Position numbers and translations under genes: made by a program. The notes below the pieces were generated by a model that was not told the origin of the DNA, ran no database searches, and worked only from the letters and a program-made list of their open reading frames with translations. 64,000 nucleotides of DNA, taken from assembly GCA_030390025.1 (NCBI GenBank), contig CM059430.1, forward strand, positions 75,640,001-75,704,000, read 5' to 3'. Below, piece after piece: positions 24,830-37,279 of this stretch (position 1 is the stretch's first letter; the number at the start of each line of letters is the position of its first letter). This DNA comes from Squalus acanthias (taxonomy: Eukaryota).

Positions 24830-26240
24830 CTTCCCCAGAACCCGTGAGACTGGTTCCCAAAGTGTCCGGAACCAACCCATCTACTCTAACACGATAGCAA
24901 AATACTGCGGATGCTGGAAATCCGAAATAACAACAGAAAACGCTGGAAAAACTCAGCAGGCCAGGCAACATCCGTGGAGAGAGAAAGAGAGTTAACGTTT
25001 CAGGTCGAAACCCTTCGTCGGAACTGAGAGAGCAAGAAATAAACAGATAAAAATGCAAGGGGGAGGCTGGGGGGGAGGAATAAAAGAACAAAAGGGATGG
25101 TCTTTAGTGAGTAGAGACATTGAGAGATGATCAAGGCAAGACGAGATGATAATGGGACAGGTTGAGAAACAAAAGGTAAGGTGTGAAATGCTGGCAGAAT
25201 CAGAGACAGCTGCCGTGGGGGGAGAGAGAGAAAAAAAGGAAAAAGGCACGGACCAAAAGAGTGGATAAAATGTATACATTTGTGGTAGGAGCCTGGTGTT
25301 ATGATCTGAAATTGTTGAACTCGTTATTGAGTCCGGAAGGCTATAAAGTGCCTAAACGGAAGATGAGGTGCTGTTCCTGGAGCTTACGCTGCGCTTCAGT
25401 GGAACAATGCAAGAGGCCGAGGACGGTGAGGTCTGAGTGAGCGTGGAGGGGTGAATTAAAATGACAAGCGACCGGAAGCTCGGGGTCACCCTTCCGGACT
25501 GAATGTAGGTGTTCCGCAAAGCGGTCACCCAATCTGCGTTTGGTCTCCCCAATGTAGAGGAGACCACATCGTGAGCAGCGAATACAGTATACTAGATTGC
25601 AAGAAGTACAAGTAAATCGCTGTTTCACCTGGAAGGGGTGTTTGGGGCCCTGGAGAGTGGGAAGGGGGGATGTATAAGGGCAGGTGTTGCATCTCCTGTG
25701 CTTGCACGGGAAGGTGCCGGGTGAAGGGGAAGGGGTGCTGGGGTTGATAGAGGAGTGGTCTGGGGTGTCTCGGAGGGAGCGGTCCCTACGGAATGCTGAA
25801 AGGGGAGGTGAGGGGAAGATACGTTTGGTGGTGGGATCACGTTGGAGGTGGCGGAAATGGCGGAGGATGATCCATTGAATGTGGAGGCTGGTGGGGTGAA
25901 AGGTGAGGACAAAGGGAACTCTATCGTGGTTCCGGGAGGGAGGGGCCGGGGTGAGGGCAGAAGTGCGGGAGATGGAACGGACACGGTCTAACACTTGTGT
26001 GTGAAACGGCCGAGTTCTACCCGGAGGCTCTCACCTTCACTTGGTATAAAAATGACACCAACATTGTGACTGGGATCAACACCATTATAAAGCTGAATTC
26101 GAAGGGAATGTATGAAGCTTCCAGCAGATTGGAAACGACACAGCCAGCCCAAAGCGGTGCTGTATATACCTGTGTGGTGTCTCACCTCACACTGCAGAGT
26201 CCAGCCGTGGCTGTTTACTTTGCTTCCAGTTCTAACCCAG
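24830..26240 (+). pseudogene. Gene A C1 exon, split by a Penelope insertion (exon pieces 24830-24892 and 25995-26240)
   Basis: Acceptor CCTTCCTCAG| and donor |GTAAGA. Removing the insert plus one TSD copy gives an open 309-nt exon: [103 protein letters not shown] (C1 motifs C..FYP...W and YTCxVxH). Confidence 0.92.
24893..25986 (-). mobile_element. 5'-truncated Penelope-like retroelement (GIY-YIG endonuclease end)
   Basis: ORF 25341-25994: NLVYCIRCSRCGLLYIGETKRRLGDRFAEH, PVACHFN, QEQHLIFRLGTL. Flanked by TCTAACAC at 24885-24892 and 25987-25994. Confidence 0.92.
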
Positions 26241-26708
26241 GTAAGATGCTGACATTTGTGTAAATATGATCAGCCACTGACAACTTTAAATTGGCTTTAT
26301 TTGCTCTCAGTCCTTTTAAAGATTGTTTCCTTTTGCGGATTGGTAAAGCGGATAAAAGAGGCAAACGGCTCGTATCCGAGGCAATTTGCGACACTTTATT
26401 CTTAGCTTCAAATGTCATCATTGTCGTGTGACGACAATCCAAAAATTACAATTTAATCCAATAAACTGAACAATTGACGTTCCTGATTCTGTTTAAGGGG
26501 AAACAAGCATCAATTAAACTATCTTTTATAATAGAATTATATCAGCGTGTACACGTTAACAGTCTCAGTCCTCATGCCCTGCTATGGTAGCACTGAAAAT
26601 ATAAATCGTACAACTAACATATTGTTCAAATCTCTGGTTGCAATACAACGCCTACAATGAAGAGCTTGGCATTGACTCGTAATATTATTAGTTTTATTAT
26701 GATTCTAG

Positions 26709-26825
26709 AAGTTTACCGACACACATCCATTTACCGACTGATTGTTGGATGTACAGGGAGTGTACTGATATTTCTCGCCCACATCACCGTCCTTGGGAGC
26801 AGTTGCAAACTCAGTAACTGTAAAG
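26709..26825 (+). pseudogene. Gene A transmembrane exon
   Basis: TTCTAG| ... |GTAAC, 117 nt, phase 1-1: EVYRHTSIYRLIVGCTGSVLIFLAHITVLGSSCKLSNCK; aligns with the gene B TM exon. Confidence 0.8.
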
Positions 26826-27240
26826 GTAACGAGCCACCGATGGAGTTTCACTGTGATAATTCTGTAATAAAGGGAGAGCAAGATGACGGCGGGTAGATGT
26901 AGGAGCGTGAAAGGTCAACAGAAATGAAATTCTGTTTATAGGTTGAACAATTGTAATTGGTTCCAAGATCTGAAATGCACTCAACAAATATGATAGACGA
27001 GCACCGTTTTTTGCATTTTTTGGTGCTGAATTGTAGCTTTGAATCAGTGATGCCCTGTGATCCCTGAAGGCATTTCAGGAACGTTAACTCTAGATTGTTC
27101 AGCCAAGGGGGCGGGAGGGGAGAGTTACGGTTACTTTTTCAAAACTTTTCATGAACTGTGATCCTGAAGGTGTGTTTGGATGCGCTTTCGGTGATTCACT
27201 CACTGATGTCTGGTCAAAGTTTAATGTTATACTTCACTAG

Positions 27241-27284
27241 GCGCCCGCGGAAAGGAAGAGTGGCCTCGACATGTGGAAGAACGG
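27241..27284 (+). pseudogene. Gene A putative cytoplasmic exon 1
   Basis: CTTCACTAG| ... |GTGCGT; phase-1 entry compatible with the TM exon; GARGKEEWPRHVEER. Confidence 0.5.
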
Positions 27285-27599
27285 GTGCGTTTCTCTCCTA
27301 CATTTTCGAAAACGCTTGAACTGTAAAAAAAGTGATCCTAAACTAAGCATATTTCAAATGTACGCTTTACACGATTACTCCTTATATTGTTGGTAAATAT
27401 TTGTGTTCATGTCCACGAGGGGCCACCGTAAAAAAAATCAACAAATCATCAGCAGTCTCAGTACCAGGGTAAAACATTCCCAGCCAAGTACAGCACTGGG
27501 TTCACGCCGGCCAAACGACACTGACGGATGACGCCCACCCCCCCCCCCCCCCCGGACACTCCCCCTCACCCCACCCACCAAATCCCAGGTCTAGTTCAG

Positions 27600-29520
27600 T
27601 AGCGTTACTTTCGCTAGGTTGCGCTAGTTTTTTCAGCGCAATTCGCCCGAAATCAGCCAAACCACTGCAAAAATTCGGGGGCTTTACGCCAACCGTTACC
27701 GTCAGAAAATCGTGATGAGGGCGACAGCAGTTCTTTTACCAGCAGGTGGTGAGCCCCGCAGCGTTGCCGGTAAGATGCATCGCCCTCGAAATTAAAATGA
27801 CGGAGCAGTGATGTCATTCTGCATGCAACGCCGAGTTAACATTACCACCGCGAACTTGGCATTTGCACTGAGTTCAGTGTTGGGTCCTAAGCTCTGCATG
27901 TAAACCCAGCGTGCAAGCAGACTCACAGGGGCTCTATCAGTACCTCTTAAAGGGACACACACTTCTTTCTGGTAAGTTTGCCTTTAAGCTTTTGGACTGG
28001 ATTTTTTGAATTTACTGTAGTAGTGATTTGCTGCAATACATGTTAAAAGATTGTTTCAACGTATACGGAGTGCAGAAAGAAGGATGAATCCCAGACAGCC
28101 CATTCCTGGATGGGATAATCTGCCTGCGGTCCCAGTGACCACAGTCCCAATTCCCGTTTCAACATTAGTGCCACACCATACCTTCCCTCTGTTAATGAAC
28201 ATCACAGCGTTGGCCACAATACTGAAAGAAAAGCCACCACAAAGCAAACCTTCCAATCCAATTTTATATATCTATCCATCCAACATGAAATGAAGCAATC
28301 AACTCTTCACCCTTATGCATTCCCTTAGTGACTGCCTTGTGTGTGCCTTTGCTCATCCTACTGAAGTCACGCAGTGCTACCTTAGTGGTTGTAACATGAC
28401 TGGTGGAAGTGAGGGACACTGCAAATGGCCTTGCTGGTCGACCTTGAGGAGGTGGTGGCTGAGAGTGTGAAATCTAGTGAAGCTGTTTCTTCTTATCTTT
28501 CTTCATTCTCCTCGCCCTCATCTTGGCCAACCATTTTCTGAGAAAGCTGCATTTCTTGTGTGTGTGAAATGAGGAAGGCACAAGTGTGGTGTTGTGGTGA
28601 AGGGAGCGCGGGAAAGCAAGAGGTGCATGCCAGAAGGAGGATAATGTATGAAAATAGCAGCATCTTGTATCCTATCAGCTGCTCCGCTGGCCAAGGGCCC
28701 CTGCCAAGAATGGGCTGCACTGTCTCATCCAACGGACTGAGGTGTGGCTAGAATTGGAGATGTGCCTCATGTTTTGTACAGATTGTTGGTAGGTGAGTGA
28801 TGGGGGGGGGGGGGGGCGGTGTTATGCTTTGAGCAGTGTATGAGGCTAGTGCTGCAGTTGGCAGGAGACGGCTATTGAAGATGCATTCACTGACCTTGGC
28901 AACTGATCTGTGATCCTGAAGCTTCTTTGGGCATTGTGAACAGATGGTGGGGGCGACACTGCTGGCAGTGAACACGTCGGTGATGTGCTCCCATTTCTGG
29001 AGGGCCCTCTGGCCCCTTTTGGGCAGAGGATCCCTCATGCAGTGTTGACACCCTGCACAAAGGTGGAGTGCTGCATGTGAGACTCTAGGAGCCCCTTCCC
29101 TGGCTTGCTGAGCCACTTGTGTTAATGTTGAAGCACTTTTCCCATTTTTTGAGGTGCAGAAGGGAAATCAGCTTTAAGTGCTGAAGACTCCCATTTGAGA
29201 TTTATTTTTAATGTTTTCTTTGTTAAAAAAAACTGGAAGAGCTACAAACTGCATTGTTCACTTCATTTTAATTTTCATAAGAGCATTTAATACTTTGCCC
29301 ACTTAAATTCCCGCAGTTCCTAGCGAACTCCGTAGCCTCATTTCCAGAGACTGTTGGAAGCTGGAACGCTGCACTTCCGCCACCAGGAGAGCGTTACACG
29401 GTAAAAACCTTTTGCCCCAAGCGCGAATTTTCCATGGTAGCGCTTCGTCCATTTTAAGCGGTCATTCATCCGAGTTGCCGGTCACACCGCCAACTCTCGT
29501 GGCGGCCACGAATATTTCCC
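27600..29520. mobile_element. Non-autonomous Harbinger-derived element; a homologous copy lies at ~52240-54320
   Basis: Long collinear similarity to 52240-54320; minus-strand remnant MAQQAREGAPRVSHAAL resembles the Myb/SANT ORF start of the 3957-7775 element. Confidence 0.65.
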
Positions 29521-30109
29521 CGAGGAATATTAAGCATACATTACGTTCAGCGCAAATCTAGATAGAGACATTTTTACACTGGTGTAAAAAACACCACACT
29601 AGAATCTGCCCCAAACACAAAACTGGCCACCCCCCTCCCCCCAGATCATTGCAAGTTTCCTCTAATTGCGCCTATTTTAGGGCTTTCGAGGAGGCTCTTA
29701 AAATTAAGCTTTCTTTTAGGCACAGGGCACATTTTAAAACTTTCAAATATATAGTTCTGTTAATTATTAAGAAACTGACTACTGTATACCAATGTAACTA
29801 ATAAATGGTTCTGTAAAGTTTATAAAGTTATTTTCAGTTATTTAAAATCGGGGTACTCACAGTGCTAGACACTCGGAATAAAAATGCTTATATTTTCTGA
29901 TAAACCCATTGTCAGCTGTATTAATAAAGCTGCACCAGGGTACCAATCTTAAATATATAAATGTTAATGCAATTTAAAAAAAAATTCTAAACCGCTGCCT
30001 GTTTGCACTGATACATGACAGATTTTAAGTTCGGAGATATGCAAATTATTTTGAGCAGAAACTTGAGGAAAAAGCTCTTCTCAAAATTAACGCATTTATG
30101 AGTGCACTT

Positions 30110-30290
30110 TACGTCCGGATCATCGATAGCGACCAAAGTGTAAACTCTAGAATAATGATCCCACTGCACCGTCCCATCAAATACTTACAGGGTAGTGCAA
30201 TGTGCATACATACAGAGTAAAGCTCCCTCTACACTGCCCTGTCAAACACTCCCAAGGCAGGCACAGCACGGGTGAGATACAGAGTATAGC
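30110..30290. repeat. Two to three degenerate ~65-70 bp tandem units
   Basis: Recurring ACAGAGTA..AGC and CTGxCCxxTCAAAxACT motifs at ~30170, ~30212-30250 and ~30279. Confidence 0.45.
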
Positions 30291-30571
30291 ACAATGCAGT
30301 TGTTCACTGATTGTAGAGGAGGTTATTCTGCTTTTCAGTGTCTAGGAATTATTTGAATTCGAAGGATTGTAATGGATTTTTATTACTCGTCTGAACAAGC
30401 AGAAAAATTGTGCAATTTCAATAATGATACACTGTTAGTGATATATTCATTATTCAAATGACATATTCGTGAATCTTCAATTTAGCTCCAGCCAATCGCA
30501 CTCTGTTTGATCCAGCACTCTGCTGATTAATTAAGGTCATGAGCTAACCGAAAATCGCTTCGATTTTACAG

Positions 30572-30616
30572 ACGACGGAAGGGACGGTAGAAAATAGACT
30601 GCTGCAGATGGCATAA
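30572..30616 (+). pseudogene. Gene A putative terminal cytoplasmic exon
   Basis: TTTTACAG| acceptor, phase 0 matching the previous exon; TTEGTVENRLLQMA*. Downstream basic sequence may be a frameshifted longer tail. Confidence 0.4.
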
Positions 30617-31499
30617 GTTGTAATCAAAGACGGAAATGTAAAGAGAACGAAAAGTGTAAGCAGAGGAACAGGCGAAACAATAAGGAAAGAATTTTTGATC
30701 ATCTAACAGAACAAAGAGTGAAATGATGCCACTGGTGGATATAACATTTCACTGGACCGTGCTGGCCTTATCTATTAGTGTTACATATATAAAAAATACA
30801 GGCCATCCCGATAGTTTTGTTAATCTTAAATTAAAACAGTAAATAGTGGAAAACACAATACGATCTGACATCACTGCTCCGATGAGGCATTCCATCCGAG
30901 CTTTCTCTTTCAGATGCTGTTCTTTATGCTGTTTATTTCTCCTTAATTGTAATGTTTCCGGTGTGTTTACATTAACATTATGACATGCTTTCATGACTCC
31001 CTGTCCAGAGATTCAACTATTAAAATGTAAAATGTAATCATAGCAAACGTTACCGAATTATTTTAGCGATCTCCACTCATTGTCAAAGTTGTTGCCTTAT
31101 TCATTGTTAGTAATATTTAATTTAGTCAGTCATGAGTTAAGTATTTAATATATTTAGCGCTCCCAAAATAAAGCTTTTACTTTTCAAGTTAAGCACATAA
31201 ATGCTGGGTAAAGAAGATTATTTTTTTCTATTTATGCCACCCATGTTAGATTCATGCCTTAGCGTGCCAGATGTCGATGGGGGATTCGAACCCCCTCTAT
31301 TTTATCCCAAAATATGCTTCACTAAATCACTAGGCACAAGTATGAAATTGACATATCCGATACCGATCATCCTTGCTCCTTTTCATCGCGTTTACCAATT
31401 CGGTAATGTCCTGAAGGTTGCGGTCAGCGATGACAGAACAGCGCTCACCATTCATTACGGTTACAGTTGCGCACAGACGTTTCGTGGGGTTTGATCGGC

Positions 31500-33600
31500 A
31501 ATTTATGTTCATTTTCAGCGCCGCACCCTCTACAGGGGATCTGTTGCATGTGTGAACAGGAAAATTAACTGTGCGTCTCTTCAGCCAGACTCTGAAACTT
31601 GGGGGCGATCCAGAAAGAGGTCGATCCTGGAGGTGCAGCAAGAAGTGCAGGGGGCTTTGACAGTTTTAGCGACCGTGATACTGCAAATGTGCACAGAATG
31701 GAGGAGTCCATCTCCAACATGAGCACCACTGTGTCGCAGGTGATGGTGGCTATATTCTCTTCGAAGCAAAAGATGGTCACCTGCAGGGTATAGCTAATGT
31801 GTCACTCACATGATTACATATGATCTATGGAGAATAGATGGCTATCTTTGGAGAATAGATAGCAGACGCTCATAGATCTCCTTTGTAGGTGGGTTGTAAT
31901 TGTAGGCATGGGTCCTGATGGCCCCATTGATGTGCAGCAAGGTGTTCTCCACTTCCTTGCTCGCAGGAAAGTGCTGGTGGCCCATGAGAGGGATGATGGC
32001 GAGAGGGGACACGGAAGTGGGGGCTCCTCTTAAAGTGCTCACACTTCTCCACCGTTGCCTTCTCTCAGTCAGAGCACCACATGCCTCCTGGAATCACGAT
32101 GGCCGAATCTGCAACTGCACAGTCGCAGGAGGTGCAGACATTGGCAGGGCCATCACAGGCTCCAAGACCCAGAGGACGTCTGCCGCAAGTGTCTATGCAG
32201 TGAGGATGCTGCATCTACCTCTGCTGAAGCCAGAAGGTTATAGCACCTCGTAGAAGCAAGCAAAAGAGAAAGGTGAAACACAAGTAGATGCACAAGGGTC
32301 AGCACTTGGGTGTTTTATGAGAAATCTTGTGGAAATATGGCTTTCATTATATCTCTGCTCAGTCTCAGTACTTGGCCTCCTCACGGTGTCATGGGCCACG
32401 TCTTCAGTGGATAGCCCTTGTCTCCAAGCAGCAAGCCAGAAAGTATGTTTGGAGGAGCGAAGAGCTCAGGGAGGTTGTACTGGCGCAGGACGAACGAGTC
32501 ATGGCAGCTGCCAGGGAATTTGGCACACACATGCATGATGATCTTGCTATGGTTGCAGACAAACTGCACATTGAGGGAGTGGAAGCCATTGCGGTTGACA
32601 AGGCACTTGGGTGATGATGGGGTGCCCTGATGGCCACATGTGTCTAGTCGAAAACGCCCTGCACCCGTGGGAAGCCAGCCAGAGCGAGAAAGGCGAGCGC
32701 CTGCTCAGTAACACTGGCTACATCAGTGGCAAAGTTGATATAATTGGCAGACTTGTCAAACAGGGCATCGGTGACCTGTGTGATGCAGCTGTGGGCAGCC
32801 GACTGCAAGATGCCACAAATGTCTGCTGTAGATCCCTGGAAGGAGCCTGAAGTGAAGAAGTTGAGGGCACTAGTGACTTTGACAGCCACTGGTTTGGCAT
32901 GTCCACCCGCTCCTCTGGGCTGCAGGTCGTGCTTCAGCACTCTGCAAATGTGTGAGACGACCAGCCGTGATAGCCTGAGCCTCCTTTGGCAATGCTGCTC
33001 ATGTCATGTTGTATACCCTGTGTTGGGGATATTACCTCCAGCGCGGTGCAGCCCTGCTCTGATGCCCTCTGTCCTGTGGAGCATCAGGTGGTTGAGGAGA
33101 ATGTTGGTGGTGTTGTTGTCAGTACTGCTGGTGTGCCTGGTGTGCTGGTGTTGGGGCTCATTGTGCTCCGATTCTGACACCAATGTGAGACACTATGAAT
33201 GGCACCATGCTCATGTAATAGATGGCACCTCAGGTAAAGATGAAAGAAGCAATCTGCCAATGGTGTGTTAGGTTCTGCCAATGAGGAGACAGTGGATCTC
33301 GAATTGGCTGAAAATACTTGTAACCTCTAGAAAGCTAAATCTGTGATGACAATGCACTTAGCAACAGCATCTGAACTCGGAAAGTAACCAGGTGTCAGGT
33401 GGAAGTATTTATTGTGCATTCCATGCACTAATGAGTTCTATCAATGGCCACTGAACTTCCGCCTTAGGTTCACGGACGTGGTTCCCGAGCTGCGTGATTC
33501 ATCTGGTCATCCAGTGAAATTGGAAAGTTAGGGTTAAAAAGACGCCCAAGGGTCTGACATGTGCCTAATAATTATATAAATTATCTCGGCCAACTCTGCT
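31500..33600. mobile_element. Decayed Harbinger transposon: transposase on - (~32350-33200) and convergent second-ORF remnant on + (~31565-32290)
   Basis: [55 protein letters not shown]. Plus-strand MEESISNMSTT matches the 4565-5323 ORF. Confidence 0.88.
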
Positions 33601-33606
33601 GTTCAG

Positions 33607-34589
33607 GTACAAAAGCAAAATACTGCGGATGCTTGAAATCTGAAATAAAAACAGAAAATGCTGGAAATACTCAGCAGGTCAGGCAGCATCTATGGAGCGA
33701 GAGACAGAGTTAACGTTTCAGGTCGATGACCCTTCGTCAGAACTGGAAAAAGCTGGATATGGAACAGGTTTTTAAGGAAGTGCAGGGGCAGCTAAAGGGG
33801 GGAGGGGAGGAAAGAACAAGAGGGAAGGTCTGTGATAGGATAGAAGGCAGGAGAGATTAGGAGAAATTGAGAGAGATTAAGAGGTGGTGCAAGGCAAAAT
33901 GAGATGTTAATGGGACACATTACGGAACAAAAGATGACTCTAGATGAAGTTTAAATGGCACTGGCAGAATGAACGACAGCTGCCATGTGGGAGAGAGAAA
34001 AAAAATGGGAAAAAAAGGATAGGGGCAGAGGTTATGGTCTGAAATTTTTCAACTCTATCTTGAGTCCAGAAAGCTATAAAGTGCCTAATTGAAAGATGAG
34101 GTGCTGTTCCTCGAGCTTACGTTGAGCTTCATTGGAACAGTGTAAGAGGCCGAGGACGGTGAAGTCAGAGGGGGAGTGAAGCAGAAAATTAAAGTGACAG
34201 GCAAGCGGAAGCTCGGGGTCATCCTTACGGACTGAACGGAGGTGTTCCGCAAAGCGGTTACCCAATCTGCATTTGGTCTCCCCGATGTAGAGGAGACCGC
34301 ATCGTGAGCAGCGAATACAGTATACTAAATAGCAAGAAGTAAAAGTAAATCGCTGTTTCACCTGGAAGGAGTGTTTGGGGCCCTGGATAGGGGGAAGTGT
34401 GGAGGAAAAAGGGCATGTGTTGCATCTCCTGCGCTTGCATGGGAAGATGCAGGGCGAAGGGGAAGGGGTGTTGGGGTTGATACAGTAGTACACCAGGGTG
34501 TCGCGGAGGGAGCAGTCCCTTCAGAATGCTGAAAGGGGAGGTGAGGGGAAGATGTGTTTGGTGGTCGGATCACGCTGGAGGTGGCGGAA
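33607..34589 (-). mobile_element. Second Penelope-like (GIY-YIG) fragment
   Basis: ORF 34074-34493: YCIRCSRCGLLYIGETKCRLGNRFAEH; same 3' end as 24893-25986. Confidence 0.9.
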
Positions 34590-34734
34590 ATGGCTGCGCT
34601 GGCAAACACACCCGAGTGAAAGGCGCGTGGGGGCGGAATGCTGGCATGTTACCGACCCGCTCCAAAATATTTTTACTTTCACTTCCGGCCCGCCTCCATC
34701 CCACCCACATGGACGCCAGAAAATTCCGGCCACA

Positions 34735-35260
34735 GATTTCCAACCAGGAAATATAAGTTTGAGGAGGACATAAGTGGGACAAAGCTCAAAGTAATAAATC
34801 GAAAACAAACTGATTTTAAGAGGATGAGAATGGAACTAGGGAAAATAACTGGAAAAAGTGACTTACAATCAAAGAGTCAGAAAAGCAGTGGGAAATATTT
34901 AAAACAGAGATCATAGAGTCCAGGGGAAATATATCCAACTAAAAAGCGAGTACAAACTAACCAGTAAAACACACCATGGATGAATAAAGAAATAAGAGCA
35001 AAGTGAAACTGAAGAAAAAGGCAAACACTAATTACATAGAAAACAAAGGAGAAAGATGACAACAGGGAATACGCGAAGTTTAGAAAAGCAGTCAAAAAAA
35101 CAATTGGGAAGCCAAAGAGAAACTACGAAATTAAATTATCAAGGAATATAAAAATAGTAAAGTATTCTACAGACACATAAATAACAAAAGAAAAACCAGG
35201 ATTGGGATAGGGCCACTGAGGAATACACACGATAAAGTCACAAGTAATGACAGCGAGATG
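34735..35260 (+). mobile_element. CR1-type ORF2 internal fragment
   Basis: DFKRMRMEL, PWMNKEI, SKVFYRHINNKRK, IGPL linker motifs across frames. Confidence 0.6.
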
Positions 35261-36029
35261 ATTTGTAACCTAGTGGGTATTGGAAACATTTGTTGACGTA
35301 CATTTATATTCATTTTTAAATCCAATATGTGCAATTTTTCGAGACATTCACCCCTTCCGTTATTGGGTCTCTATTGAAGTAATTGATGATATTTAACCTG
35401 AATTTACAGACTGAGTGTCTGATAAAATGATTAATTTATCAATCCTGGATTTCTGGCGATAGCCACCACAGAGAGTTAGTTAAGTAAATTACTTCAAGAC
35501 TCCCGGAATGGCCGACATGGGATTGTAATGTAACAATGTAATTTTGAGTACCTCGCCCATCACAGAGGAGGATAATTTGAGCGTCATCTGAGTTAATCAG
35601 GAGAGACCGTTAAGTGTTACTTGTAATAAAGGTTACCAGATTTGTTATGTTAACTACTAAGAACATAAATATATGTGATTTTAAGAAAACCTAGTTAAAA
35701 TAGAAAGCATTAACGAAATGATGCCTTAATTTAATATTGGACCCCAAAATCTAGAGAGGTCTAAGATGGTTCTGCTTTGCCTCCTCTATTTTGTGTGCAT
35801 GAAACAGGGCTTGACAACATTAAGTTTCATTTTAAATCAGTTCAACAAATTAAGTTAAGTCTTCCGCTATAGGAATAAGCTGCACAATTTTACAGAAATA
35901 TGAAGGGTAGTGATCATTGTAATCAATCAATTAATGATTCATGTTTGTTTCAATAGATTTTGCGATTTTGGAAACCCTCTGCTGATCCAAGTATGCATTG
36001 TGCCTGCGTTGCAGTCGTTAAATGAATCA

Positions 36030-36119
36030 ATGTTTAAAATTGGGAATACGTTTGTGCCTTTCCTGCAGCTGCAGTTTCTTCCGCTCTCCTTCTTACAGAC
36101 CATTTTATGGTCACGAGAG
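36030..36119 (+). other. Possible leader exon for gene B (tentative)
   Basis: ATG 36030 MFKIGNTFVPFLQLQFLPLSFLQTI.., then GAG|GCGAGT (GC-type donor). The frame is 1 nt short of the phase 1 needed by the V exon. Confidence 0.25.
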
Positions 36120-36369
36120 GCGAGTAATCCCTTACTTCGATTCTTCACAGACATTAAGAATTCAAGATCAAATCTTCAACTCGACTTGCAAATTGTTCAC
36201 TTACTAATTATTCAAGTTGAATTACTGAGCGTAAAGGAACGTGGTCAGTTGAAATTGTTTGAATGAAATAAGAATGATTAATCAATGAAAAGAAGCGAGA
36301 AGTAATGGACTTCTTCGTGCGTTAGGGCGCAGGAACTGTTTTTTTCAAACATACCTGCAAATTTGATTA

Positions 36370-37243
36370 AACAACAACAACAACAACAATTTGTATTTAT
36401 AAAGCTCCTTTAACGTTGTAAAACGTCCCAAAGCGCTGCACAGGAGTATTTGAAGCCAAAAAAATTGACACCGATCAACATAAGGAAAAATTAGGGCAGG
36501 TGACCAAAAGCTGGGTCAAAGAGGTACGTTTTAAGGAGCGTCTTAACGGAGGAAAGAGAAGTAGCGAGGCAGACAGGTTTAGGTAGGGAATTCCAAAGCT
36601 TAGGGCCTAGGCAACAGAAGGCAAAGTCACCAAACTTTGAGCGATTATAATCAGGGATGATCAAGTGGGCAGAATTAGAGGAGCACAGATAACTCGGGGA
36701 GTTGTGGTGCTGAAGGAAATTACAGAGATAGGAAGGGGCGAGGCCATGGACGGATTTGAAAACAAGAATAAGAATTTTGAAATCGAGGCACGGCTTAACC
36801 GGGAGCCAATTTAGGTCAGTGAGCACAGGGGTGATGGGCGAACGGGACTTGGTGCGAGTTAGGACACGGGCAGCCGAGATTTGGATGACCTCAAGTTTAT
36901 GTAGGGTGGAATGTGGGAGGCCAGCCAGGAGTGTGTTGGAATAGTCAAGTCCAGAGGTAACAAAGGCATGGATGAGGGTTTCAGCAGCTGATGCAAGGGC
37001 AGAGACGGGTGATTTTACGGAGTTGGAAGTAGGCGGCTTTGTTATGCTGCAGATATGTGATCGAAAGCTCATTTCAGGGTCAAATATGACACAAAGGTTG
37101 CGTACAGTGTGGTTCAGTCTCAGACAGATGTTAGGAAGAAAGATGGAGTCAGTGGCTTGGGGACTGAAAACAATTGCTCCGGTCTTCCCATTACTTAATT
37201 GGAGAACACTTTTGCTCATCCAGAACTTTATGTCAGACAAGTC
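36370..37243 (-). mobile_element. L2-clade LINE 3' end with (CAA)n tail
   Basis: ORF 36491-37240: AETLIHAFVTSGLDYSN, AARVLT, PITPVL.DL.WLPV, HGLAPSYL, GPKLWNSLP, KTLLKTYLF. Confidence 0.9.
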
Positions 37244-37279
37244 ATATGTTTTGATGGGTCGAATTGTTAAGGAGCCGAT

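Noticed and set aside
29858-29886. RSS-like CACAGTG + 13 bp + ATAAAAATG
   Set aside because: Nonamer matches only 6/9, it lies in AT-rich intronic sequence, and no V/D/J coding segment abuts the heptamer.
31270-31340. tRNA-like sequence on - (GGTTCGAATCC B-box, weak A-box)
   Set aside because: No convincing acceptor or anticodon stems; at most a decayed tRNA or SINE head.
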